NCBI GenBank assembly: GCA_030265395.1
Contig: JARFYF010000029.1
Coordinates: 37,317,577 to 37,381,576, forward strand
Direction of reading: 5' to 3'
Length of the DNA: 64,000 bases
Source: Rhina ancylostomus
Lineage: Eukaryota
Shown: piece by piece, positions 39,801 to 50,756 of the stretch
How the letters are laid out: every line of letters starts with the position of its first letter
How positions within the stretch are numbered: the stretch's first letter is position 1
Notes under the pieces: model-generated
Database searches by the model: none
Seen by the model: the letters and a program-made list of their open reading frames with translations, nothing else
Told to the model about the DNA's origin: nothing
Translations under genes and position numbers: made by a program

Positions 39801-40015
39801 AGGCGGACGATCCAGGCGGGCAGCGGGTGCGNNNNNNNNNNNNNNNNNNNNNNNNNNNAGTCCAGCAGCTCACCCAGGCACGAGCAGCGGGGCGGGCAGG
39901 CGCGAGGCGGCTCCAGGGCAACCGCCGCCGGGATCCGGGCGCCGAGCAGCGCGAGCGCTCCGCCGAGCAGCAGCGGCAACGTCGCGCTCAACGGCCGCCT
40001 CCGGATCCAAGACAT
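39801..40015 (-). CDS. LRIG3: LRIG3 exon 1 (signal peptide + LRRNT)
   Basis: MSWIRRRPLSATLPLLLGGALALLGA...CPPRCSCLGELLD[27-N gap]HPLPAWIVRL; donor CT|gtgagt at 39800; GC-rich; 215 nt, ends in phase 2. Confidence 0.92.
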
Positions 40016-40379
40016 CCCTCGCTCGTTGTTTTCCTTTCCTCCCCACCTCCTCTCGCTCCCGGTTTCTTCTTTCTCAAGAGTTTATCACCGCTCTCCCCAC
40101 CACGCACCCCCCCCCCACCACACACACAAGATTCACTGCTTAAAACTCCGTGCTCTCTCTCTCTGTCGTCAACGCAGCAAAAATATTTCGTTTGTTTTCG
40201 GAAAAGACGATCGGTGAGGCCGCGGAAAAGTTGGTAGGTGCTGAACTCTTGATAAATCCCAGTCCTCTATCGATTTACCGCAGGTACAAACACAACCATG
40301 TACTCCCGCAGTGAGAGCAAACCCTTCCCTCGACTCCAACCTCCTCCCACTCCGCAGCGTTCGCAACTCTGCTTCCCCC

Positions 40380-40518
40380 ATTGGTCCGTACTCTTCCCCA
40401 CGTGATCAGGACGCCTTGTCCCGCCCAGTGGATTCTGGTACTTGTAGTTTAACCTTCCCAGAAGGGCTTTCCCACATCGTCATAGCTTAAATTAGTGGGA
40501 CTACAGTTCCCAGCCTGC
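40380..40518. promoter_or_regulatory. LRIG3 proximal promoter motif cluster: CCAAT, E-box, GC box, two ZNF143/THAP11-type ACTACA motifs, GAS-like site
   Basis: ATTGG 40380-40384 (CCAAT on minus); CACGTG 40399-40404; CCCGCCC 40420-40426; AACTACAAGTACCAGAATCC on minus 40430-40449; TTCCCAGAA 40455-40463; ACTACAGTTCCCAGCCTGC on plus 40500-40518. Confidence 0.75.
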
Positions 40519-42094
40519 CGCGCGCCCGCATATGTTTGCAAGGGGTTCNNNNNNNNNNNNNNNNNNNNNNNNNNNNNNNNNNNNNNNNNNNNNNNNNNNN
40601 NNNNNNNNNNNNNNNNNNNNNNTGCGTAGTATTCTTTAAATTAAAACACAGTTGATTTTACTGGAACGTTGCATCTTTATTTGCCTCTCTGCACGTTTGT
40701 TTTCTGTTACGATATCTTTCTCCTGCTCTTCTTTGATGCTGAAATGCGGCAGCTAGTTGTGAAACGGTTCGCCATTAAGAGTTAGCACCTTCAGGAGGAG
40801 CAGAGGAAATTGGAAATTAAAAGCCAATCAACACAAATGATTCATGTTTGTGAGAACAATTTGCACCTATTCGCTACGGTTGCGAGAAACAAAATAAACA
40901 CATATATTTGTTTTCTTAAAAGAATATACAAGAATGCAAATATATGTATTTGCTTTACTTCTCGCAATATAAATGTTTTATTCAGAAACTTGTAACTGAT
41001 TGTTCCTGATTCGTATTTCATACCTATTTTGCAATGTGGTTTTGTGGATTTGCGATACGTTATGTTAACAAACAATTAGTGCATGAATAATTAATAAGAT
41101 GTTCTTGCTACAGTACAAACATACTACGAAAAAACTCAGCATATTTTCCAGAGACATTACGTTTCTAATTGTTTTGATTACGTTATCCCTGCCTCTCGCC
41201 TTCCACAATGTCTCAGTAGGTAATGGAAATATGTCGTTAAGACACGCACAACAAAATATCCAGCTGAGTTCATGGTCTGTTGAGTTTCCACAGCGGGGTT
41301 CTACATTTAACGTTGGAACTTCTAGGCTAGAGTAATGAAAATCTTTCCCCTCCTGGGTAAATTGCCTGCTGGGAAGTGCTAATAACAATTGAAGATGGGA
41401 TCAGACTGGTTTGTGATATTTTCTATCCACCCTGCCCCCACCATCTCCCACGAGTCCATCGGACTCTCCGTCACCCCGGCATACATGTTTGCAAAGAGTG
41501 GGTGCAATAGGATTGAAGATGCATTCTGGCTGACGTGGGAAAGTCGCCCCCAAGTCGAAACTATCTTCTCTCTTCCTAGGGTCGCGGGCACCTTACTCCC
41601 AAACCAATTCTAACACTAGTGTAGGATCCACAGATTCTGTCGCAGGTGGATCTGGAGGTATTTAATGGGCAGGTGGTGAGGTCATCATCCCATTATTGTC
41701 AACAAAGGAACACGCTGTCATTGCCTTCCCCAAGGCAATTGGTCACGCATTGAGCAATCATGAACTGGCGTTCCATAAATCGGTGGGGGCTAGCATATAG
41801 CAAACAGATGCAGAAGTAGCCTCTAGCCGCTCTTCTCCACCATTAAACAGGATCAGGGATGATCTTCTACTGGTTCTTTGTAGGAGCATTCCCGGTCATC
41901 CGCCCAGACCCCACGGCCCCGCAAACTTAGCAGAATTAGATGAGGGAAGGAATAGGGGACTTGTTATGTGCAAAGACTTGAGAAGCTGGGAGAAGCGAAG
42001 GGTGAGTGGAGAATTATTGGGTGCTTAAAATTATGATTTTTTTTTAAATAGAGGAAATAAGAAATTGTTTATGCTGGCAGGAAGGTTGGTTAAC

Positions 42095-43245
42095 ATAAAA
42101 TAAACTGCTAGAAGAACATAATGGATCAAGCAACATCTGTGGAGGCAAAGGAATGTTGGTCAACACCCATCTTCGGAACTGAGTATGGAAGGAAGATAAC
42201 CAGTGTATAGGTGAAATCAGATGAAGGGGAGTATGGAGTGTTGAAAGAGAGGCTGTGAGGTGATACATTAAATCATAAGAAAAGAAAAAAAATTTAGGCA
42301 GATGGAATTAGGTGTGATGGAGAGGGGGAAGGGTAGGTGATAGGTGGGATCACATAAAGGAGGGAAGGTGGTCAGATAGGGAAAACAACATGAAAGATGA
42401 ACCAAGGGAGAAGAAACCCAGGTAGATGGGTACCTGGGTGGTGGTGAGGGAGTTGGTGAGTGGCATGTGTGGCACCTCTGATCGTTGCAGGGAATAGTGC
42501 CAGGGAACAGCGAGTCTTGGGTGGGAAGGGATGGGCAGACCAGGGAGTCAGAGAGAGTGATCCTTGCAAAAAGCAGAAAGGGGGAAGGAGAGAGAGAGAA
42601 AGGGGGGCAGAGATGTGACTGGTGGTGAGATCCCCTTTCAGCTTGCAGAACTGATGAAACCAAATTTGGGGCAAAAGGTGGGATCCAGAGAAACTTTATC
42701 TCTGTTCTGTCTGGGGAGGAGGGGAGGTGAGAGCAAGCATGCAGAAAGTGGAGGAAATTTGTGTGAGAGCTCCGTGAACTACAGCACAGAGGAAGCCACC
42801 TGAAAAAGGAGGACATTTCAGAAGTCCAAGAGTAGAAAACCTCATCTTGAGAATAGATGCAGCCAAGATGGAGCAAATGAGAGAAGGGGATGACATCCTA
42901 ACAGGAAACAGGATGGGATCAGGTGAAGTTGAGGTAGCTACAGCAGTCTATGAGTTTATAGCAGAAATCAGCGGATACTTTGTCTTCTGAGACAGAGATC
43001 GAGATATCCAGAAAGGGAAGAGAAGTGTCTAAAATGATCCAGGTGAATTTGAGAGCAGGGTGGAGGTTGGTGGCAAAGGTGATTAAAATTAACTAGTTCC
43101 ATGAGTCCAGAAAGCAGCACCAATGCCATTGTCAATGTAGCAGAGAACGAATTGGGAAGGTGAGCCAGAGTAGGTTTGGGACTGTTCCCAGTGGTCAACA
43201 AAAAGACAGATGCAGCTAGGGCTCATGCAAGTGCCCATGGCTAAT
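42095..43245 (-). mobile_element. Decayed Penelope-like element (RT, Cys-rich linker, 3' terminal repeat)
   Basis: Minus strand reads AMGTCMSPSCICLFV, CYIDN (decayed YIDD), LHPALKFTW, LPFLDISI, IPFSHLLHLGCIYSQDEVF and GTIPCNDQRCHTC, motifs typical of PLE reverse transcriptase. Stops and frameshifts present. Confidence 0.85.
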
Positions 43246-43317
43246 TTCTCTCCATGCCCATTTCTTTCTTCAGGGGTTGGGGCCCTTNNNNNNNNNNNNN
43301 NNNNNNNNNNNNNNNNT

Positions 43318-43446
43318 CTCCTTCAGACTGACTCCAACTGGTTGTTTCAACAACAACGTCATGACGTTCTTTATCTTCTGTTGACATAAGCACGCCACAC
43401 ACACTATCTTAAAGGAACCTCACTAATTGTAACCTAGTCCGTAACA
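43318..43446 (-). mobile_element. Probable LTR 5' end fragment
   Basis: Minus strand starts TGTTACGGACTAGG, a typical LTR terminus; CpGs retained; truncated by an N gap. Confidence 0.4.
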
Positions 43447-43449
43447 GAT

Positions 43450-44275
43450 AGCAAGCAGTGAGGAGGACACAGAGACCCTGTAAACAGATATTGTTGGAAT
43501 CATTGAAATGAGCAACACGTTAATGGAATGTAATGTGGAAATAATATGAGGTTATCCACTTTGGAAGAAAGAATGAAAAAGTAACTATTTAAATAGAGTG
43601 AGACGACAGAATATTGCATTCTAAAGGGAGCTGCATGTACGCTAGCATACAGGTACAGGAACTAATTGAGAAGACTAATGCAATGTTGGCCTTTATTGCA
43701 AGGGGTATGGAGCATAAAAATAGCAAAGTTTTTAATTTCACACGGTGCTGGTGAGGTCACACCTGGAGTATTGTGTACAAATAATGGCTTCAATATTTTA
43801 AAAAGGATATACTTGTTTAAGAGGCAGTGGAAAGAAGGTTCACTAAGGTGATTCCTAGGGTGAAGGAGTTAATGCATGAAAAAAACGTTGAGCTTATTGA
43901 GACTAAATATTGCAATACAGAATAAAGGGAGGTGATTTTATGGAAAAGTATAAGGTTCTGAAGGAGATTGGTGGGATAGATGTATCAAGAACAAGGTGAC
44001 ATTGTTTCGGTATAAGTCATCACCCATTTCAGACAGAGGTGAGGAGGAATCTCTTCCCTTAGAGGTTTGAGAAACTTTGGAATTTGTTATCCTATAGGTG
44101 GAATCATTGAATATATTCAAGGCAAGACTGACAGACATTTAAAGTACAAGTGAGTCAAGGCATCTGGGAAGGATGGAAAATGCTGTCAAGTCCAAAATGT
44201 AATTAGCCATGATCTTTCTGAAGGACAGAGCAGACTTGGGAGGCCAATTGACCTATTTCTGCTCCTGTTTCTTAT
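43450..44275 (+). mobile_element. Decayed CR1 LINE 3' portion
   Basis: gaggttatccactttggaagaaagaat (EVIHFGRKN); aatgcaatgttggcctttattgcaagggg; ctggtgaggtcacacctggagtattgtgtaca (LVR.HLEYCVQ); CR1 3' UTR ending cctatttctgctcctgtttcttatg. Confidence 0.85.
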
Positions 44276-45019
44276 GATAACCAAAGGTCATAGATTCAAA
44301 TAGTTGACAGACCAGAGGGGAAATGAGAAGATTTTGTTTTACAATAAAAGCTCAGTTATTCATCTGGATCTGATGGGTGCCAGTTAATTAAATATATCTG
44401 TTGGCTGGATGTCAGCAGACGAACTCAGCATTGCTGGATGTTGACCTGGGTACTCATCTTTGGTATTCCCAGTGAAATGCCAGTTGGTGCAGTGCCAGAT
44501 GATGAAACCTCTACTGTGTAAAGTTATGATCTGAAATTCCCCGCCTGAAAGGGTAGTGAAAGCAAACATTTGCAAAGTAAAAAAAAAGGTGCATGACTAC
44601 AACAATTGGTTAAGGGGAGTGGGTCTGATTGAATAGCTTTATAGTAGTGTGAAAATATGAAGGATGAGTAGCTTCTTTCTGTGATTTATATGGATTTATA
44701 TGAACAATTGAGAAATAGAAGCTTACTGTACGGATTTGGAATCAAACTCTGGCTTGTTGAAACCTGGGCTGCAGAAAATGGTTTTCTTTTACAGTATCAT
44801 TGGTGCAGAAACAACACCATTTATTTTGGGCATCTGTTTCTTCCACAGCTGGATAAACTCTAAAACATCAGTCGATATTGGGGAAGAACTATGTGGACTA
44901 GCAATGGCCAAAGCCAAAAGATATCCAAAATCTGTACATTGGCCAAAATTAAATTCCAAACTTCCAGGCTTCTTTCCATTATCATTTCAGGGCTGAATAT
45001 TCAGTTTCTAGTCAGCACT

Positions 45020-45400
45020 ATTTTGGCTCAATGGTAGCACTCTCACTTAGTGGGTTGTTGGTTCAAGTTACACTCCAGAGGCTTAAATGTATAGTCTAGA
45101 TGAAGACTTCGCTGCAGTATTGAACAAATGCTAAACTGTTGAGTTACGTTCTTTGGATGAGTTGTTACAGTGAGTACTTATCGGCCTTCAAGATGATGCA
45201 AGAATTGGGGACTCCTCCCACTATTCTGCCATCACCAATACCCAGAAATTAATGATCTGGTCTAATATTTCTGCTGCTCATGGGACTTGGCTGTGTGTAA
45301 AGTGGTTGCTACAGTACAATAGATTTCAAAAGTACTTAATTGGTTGTAAAGCACTTTTGATGTCCAGGCACATAAAAGATGCAATTTTATGCAATTTATT
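45020..45400 (+). mobile_element. Deu-domain SINE (SacSINE1-like), near full length but diverged
   Basis: tRNA-like head tggctcaatggtagcactctc...ggttcaagt; gacttcgctgcagtattga; tail ttcaaaagtacttaattggttgtaaagcactttt...atgcaa. Confidence 0.7.
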
Positions 45401-46007
45401 TACTTTATTTTCTACATCTGCAGTTTTCACAATATGGTATATGGGACTGGTCCACCCAGCCAACCTTGGTGATCACTACCCGCTCTTACCTGGAATGGCA
45501 ATTTCATCCTTGAATCTATCTCTTGCACAGTACAAGGTGACCCCAAGACCTTCCTGCAGAATCAACTTTACAACCAGCTAAGCCATGCTGCCAGAGTCAC
45601 TGGCTGTCAAACCTGTCTAAAGAATGAATAAATCTGATATTTACAAACATACAAAAATAATTCAAAACTGCCATAAATTAATTGTACTATATAAACATTT
45701 AAAAAGTTATTAAAATAATACTAATTAAAACACTAGAAAATAGTTAAACGAACTAAAAACATTTATGTTAACTTGATTAATTTAGAAAATGTCATTTACC
45801 TCAGACTTACTTATCTCCCCCAGAACCATTCCCCTCCTTGAAAAGAGTGGATTTGCTGAGTCTGTGCCACCTCTAACCTGATGCAGTTTCAGAAGATGAT
45901 TTCCCAGTGCAAGTGTTGGGAAACTTTAAGGATCAGCACACTGCTGCTGGGCTCAATGAGCAAGAACAACAGCAAGTAGAATCTCTCAGGAGTTTGGGAT
46001 TTCAGCA

Positions 46008-46575
46008 TGAAAAACATGATGATGCTGGAGGAGCTCAGCAGGCCAGGCAGCATCCGTGGAGAAAACCAGGCGGTCAACGTTTTGGGTCAGGACCCTTCTT
46101 CAGGACTGAAGATAGGAAAAGGGGAAGCCCAATATATAGGAGTGAAAAACAGAGCAGTGATAGGTGGACAAAAGAGGGGAGGTGGGATGGATACAAGGTG
46201 TGACAGGTAGATGCAGGTAAGAGATTGTGATAGGCAGGTGCAGGGGAGGAGGGGAGAGCACATCCATTGGGGGAATGGGTCAAAGGTAAGGAGAGAGGTA
46301 AAAAAAAAGGATAGAGAAAAGAGAAAGAGACTAGGAAAGGGAAGAAAAGATGGAAGTATGGTTGGGGGGAGTTGTGGGGAATGGGTGTGGAAATGGCTTC
46401 AAGTGGGAGAATTCAATGTTCATGCCATTAGGCTGCAAGGTTACAAGACGGAAAATGAGGTGCAGTTCGTCCAGTTTGTGCTTGGCCAATTTGTGATGCT
46501 GCCTGGCCTGCTGAGTTTCTCCAGCATCATCGTGTTTTTAATCTAGATTCCAGCATCTGCAGTCCTTTATTTCTC
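46008..46575 (-). mobile_element. 5'-truncated Penelope-like element with inverted terminal repeat and 13-bp TSD
   Basis: Minus strand encodes a GIY-YIG C-terminus KHKLDELHLIFRLVTLQPNGMNIEFSH (about 46390-46490); inverted arms 46010-46054 and 46495-46539; flanking direct repeat tgggatttcagca at 45995-46007 and 46576-46588. Confidence 0.88.
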
Positions 46576-46659
46576 TGGGATTTCAGCAGTCCTAATTGTT
46601 GATCTGGCCTTTCCCCAATCAACCTATACATCACTGTTCTACATGAATGGTTTGCTGTT

Positions 46660-46970
46660 GTTAAAAATATAAGAATGTACTCCCTACAAATGTAGTACTG
46701 CAACTCACCAATGCTTCTTCAACAACACTTCTAAAATTTACAATTTGTATCTCCTAGAAGGACATTCAAGGCTGGGTAAATGGGAAGACCACCATATGCA
46801 AATTCCCCTTCAAGTCNNNNNNNNNNNNNNNNNNNNNNNNNNNNNNNNNNNNNNNNNNNNNNNNNNNNNNNNNNNNNNNNNNNNNNNNNNNNNNNNNNNN
46901 NNNNNNNNNNNNNNNNGGAAACCTCTTCATAGTTATTAGATCAATATCCTGGAAGTCCCAACCTAATTAA
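46660..46970 (+). mobile_element. 3' fragment of the LINE family seen at 62340-64000
   Basis: tgcaactcaccaatgcttcttcaacaacactt...tgggaagaccaccatatgcaaattcccct parallels 63735-63830. Confidence 0.55.
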
Positions 46971-48029
46971 AGGAATTAGAGGCTTGGGCGAGGAAATGGA
47001 CTTAAGGCATAAGATCAGTAATGATATGGAATGACAGATCAAACTCAAAGAGTCACATTGCCTATTCCTACTTACCTTATGTACTTATTTCATATGTCAT
47101 TGTTAAAAATAGGTTTTGCACAGATGATTCTATTTGAAAAAGATATACACTCCTTCCACCGCAAATACTTTTACAAATTCTGATGAAGTTTTCTGCCCAA
47201 ATTGTTGACTATTCCTTTTCAGATGCTGACTGATTTGTAATGCAACTCCTGCATTTTGCATTGTTAATTAATATTTTTTATAAACTATACTCATTATTAA
47301 TTATAAAGGTTTATTTTTCAATAGTCTGGACATCACAATAGCTGGTTGTTACTACCAAAAGTGATTGTCAACTTCAGAATTTTCCTTGTAGTAGGTATTT
47401 TAGGAATCAGATGTTGGTTACAATCCCCAGAACACAAAATATTGCACATGATTCATTGAAATTTCACATTCCCTGATTGTTTCACCATACTATTCTTCCC
47501 CAAAACAGGATGCAAATTCAGAATTGCAGGTTGTGTGCTGCAAGTTGACTCCCATGGTGTAGATCTGAAATTTGCACTGTGATCGAGTTCAATCTATGCA
47601 TGTGCATTTTATATTCTGTATAAAGTGTCATTTTCTATGCTAATGAAACTGTAATGATGCTGGAAAGATAGTGAATTTTTATTCCACTCTAACATCTTTA
47701 AAATGTTTAAGGTCAAACAGACAAGGAGTTTGAAATTCAAAGAGTTTTGTAATAAATCGTGAAAAATTGAAGTGTTGGTGGGAACAGGAAGTTTCTGGGA
47801 CTGAGGGACTTATGAAAATGTCCATTCAGTCAGTGCAGCTGTTGGTGTCAATCGCCTGTGGAAATGTGGAAAATATTTTCCATGGTTATTGCTCACACCT
47901 GTGGTATGAAAGCTGCTATACAATTTAGTAGTTTTGACTCTGAAGAACAATGCAATGGAAACTATGAAGTCAAAGTAAAAGTTAAGTACTTAAAACAAAT
48001 CTCATTAAGATAGACAATCTTAGGGCTGC

Positions 48030-48380
48030 TCCAAATGCTTGATAGATTTATCCAGAAGATAGCTGAAACATCCTGACATTTAGGTCCCTGGTTTGATGGC
48101 ATTTTAACTAATTACAGCCAGGATGGGTGAAGGGGTGTTAAATTTAGCCTCTGGGATTCAGGAGGGAAAAGTTAGTGTAAATTTCTAATCATAACCTAGT
48201 GACTTCCAGAATTGCATGTTGATAGACAGAAGTCATGAATCAGATTGCATTTGGCAATGATGGTGTTCAACAAAAGTCCTGTCAGTGCCTAAAGCCAGCT
48301 GTAAACGAAGAACTTGGGAATGCCTGTAGAACCATATCATGACAAGGAGTCAGTGGCTTCTTGTAAAGAGGACAAAATTA
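48030..48380 (+). repeat. Ancient dispersed SINE-like repeat (related copies at about 2196-2570 and 32760-33030)
   Basis: Ordered short blocks shared by eye (..ctggg..gagggaaaa.., ..ca(g)attg..t(g)..aat.., aggagtcag..agagg); heavily diverged. Confidence 0.35.
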
Positions 48381-50756
48381 GAGAACTAGAAAAATATTGA
48401 ATAAGAAGAAGCCTGAATATTTTATATATTCAAAATATAATGGGGACTAAGTGCAATAGCATCCCAATTTAGGCATGGGGATCACAGTTGCCGTGGAAGA
48501 TCTCCAATGATGTGCTGCCTCAATATATTAATGATTATAGCAACCAGCCGATCCAAATTAGATTGTTGATTGGATGGATGCATCAACAAGGGAACAATAA
48601 TATGAATGGCTATGGCTGGCTCTAGTTAAAGCTAGACTGGAGTTTCGAAAGGGGAGGCACATTGTGGCTGGAGCCAATATTGGCAATTCAGGAAGTGACA
48701 TTAGCCTGGGAAATATCAAAGGCTGGCACAACATGGGAGAGAGTTGGAATCTGGTTTAATGGACACTGAGTTTTCACACAAATTGCTGTTTATGGGATGA
48801 GCATTAACAACAAATTGCTTGGTGAATTGGAAGCCTGTTGTAAACCAATGTTCATTGTTAAGGAACATGGAGGAGTCAGGTATGTAGTTGGCACAAGGCT
48901 CTGCAGAGTTTGTAGCTCCTTCTTTCAGAGTGAAAGTGATGGCCAATTCCATTTAGGGACTGCTGATTCTGATGATCAATGTTAGGGCTTCTTTTCAGCA
49001 TATTCACCACACATTCAACTGAGTGCAACAATGGAAATTGAAACTGCTGTCATGCACAGGTCAATTTGCCACCACACAAGCTCAAACTCATTGTGTAATG
49101 GGGCTTGGAGGACATTAGTAGAATTCAGCAATCTGTGCTCCAAAATTGCCGATGAATGCCAATGCATTTCCTGGGGAAATGGTAGAACATCTATGTAGCA
49201 AGGACCAACTGTTTTATCTAAGGATAATAGCAGTTATCCTTTTACCCATGTCATTCTACCTATAGTCTTATTATTATCAGTCAGCTAGTCAGTTCAGATT
49301 GCAGGTACCATGCTGAAATGCTGCAATTGTCAGCACTGCTTGAGGTTGTCTTCAAAGGTATTGGAGTCTCATTCACTGAAAGTTAGCAGGCCTCCAGTAG
49401 TCCCATGGAATCCATTGGAATAGGCGTGTGTAGAAACACTTGGACTGGCAATGACACATGGAAGACAAGTACTAAGGGAACACATAAAAATGATTAGGAT
49501 AGTAAACTGATTCATTACATGTGTAATTTACTGCCTGTGGACGCACACTAGCTCGATATTGAGGGAGTGGTAACTCTTTCATTTCTTATCTAATATAGAG
49601 TTGATATCCAGTGTCCATAAAGTAAGGTCATCAGTACTCTTATTCTTGGAGATGTTTGCAATTGCAAGCTATATTCTCTCTCTTTCTATCTCTATCTCTC
49701 TCCCCAACCCCCTCCCTCGTCACCCCCCCCCCCTCTAGCCCCCGGTGTCTGAGAAGAGAGAATGAAATGGTTATTTCTTATTAAAGAGAGAACAATGTGT
49801 TTATACCCTGCTGTGAAGCTGAGTTCAGCTGAAGTAGTTGTCACTATGGATGTCCATTTTGAACCACAGACATATCACACATTGTCTCTTGCTGATTTCA
49901 TTTAGGAGAATTGCTTCCGGATTACCTTAGCCTTTTTCCACATTACTCTTCCGTCTTTCAGCTGTTCTTGTTCTGCTTGCTCTCTGCTTATTCTCCCAAT
50001 CACTGTTTTCCCATGTTTAGAAGCAAATGGATTTTGCAAAAGCCTTGAAGTCAGAAAAAGTCATTCAGCACCTGCCACACNNNNNNNNNNTGCCACACGA
50101 GTCCCTGCAGAATTTTGTAATCTGAACCAACTATAGAAGGTGCCAAAGATTCATTGAATCATAATAACAGTCAGAGGAAATTAATCAGCAACGAACCCAA
50201 ATGTAGTACATGATTCCATTAAACAATGCTGATGGGGTCCTCACAGCTGGATGCACTTTTGTCGTTATGATGTTAAGACAAGATCGTAGATGGAGGACTG
50301 AACTGTTATGGTGTTAAATCAGGGTTGCATGGTGATTCACATCATGATCTACTTGCTTTCAATGCTTCCAGGGCACAGGCACTAATGCTCTCCCTCATTT
50401 GCTGGCACATTTTGTCCACCAAACATGTCCGTGTGTCACAAATGCCATTCTGGAGCTCCAAGGATGCTTATAGAGCCCAAAGAGCAGGAGCTAACAAACC
50501 AGTTCTTCGTTGATTGAACAAGTTTAATTATTTTGTGTTCGAAAGATGACATAGATAAAACAATTAATTCCTTTAACTAGAAGACTTTTGGCTATCATCT
50601 TGAGGGTCCTGCATAGCCAAAGTAAATTTTTCATTCTAGGCCCCATCTAAAGTTGGGCTTGTATATATGTCAGATTCTGTGATGCTGTCATTCTTGAGTG
50701 AGCTTCTGGTAAATTCAATACCAAAATTGTTCTGTGAAAGCTGGATATTCATTGAG

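Larger units (their letters stand above)
900..40015 (-). other. LRIG3: LRIG3 gene span (coding exons 1-16; 3' exons lie outside the window)
   Basis: Spliced translation gives signal peptide, LRRNT, LRRs, LRRCT, 3 Ig domains, TM and tail. Segments such as [48 protein letters not shown] and [19 protein letters not shown] match vertebrate LRIG3 as I recall it. All 15 introns between these exons are GT-AG and phase-compatible. Confidence 0.96.
39520..40548. promoter_or_regulatory. CpG island covering LRIG3 exon 1, 5' UTR and promoter
   Basis: Abrupt rise in GC and CpG content against a strongly CpG-depleted AT-rich background; overlaps the start codon. Confidence 0.85.

Noticed and set aside
900-40015. 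Assignment to LRIG1 or LRIG2
   Set aside because: Ig1, Ig2 and juxtamembrane sequences ([38 protein letters not shown]) fit LRIG3 best from memory; a phylogeny would be the formal test.
39536-40237. 233-aa plus-strand ORF (and overlapping 149-aa and 119-aa ORFs) antisense to exon 1
   Set aside because: Low-complexity Arg/Pro/Gly/Ala-rich translation, non-ATG start for the longest ORF, spans an N gap; expected stop-codon scarcity in a CpG island.
41350-42020. Possible non-autonomous DNA-transposon-like repeats here and at about 9050-9500, 48460-48760 and 55420-55860
   Set aside because: GC-richer and repeat-like by eye, but I could not define terminal inverted repeats, TSDs or a family.
42268-43201. 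202-aa and neighbouring minus-strand ORFs as a new gene
   Set aside because: Frameshifted pieces of a Penelope-like reverse transcriptase.
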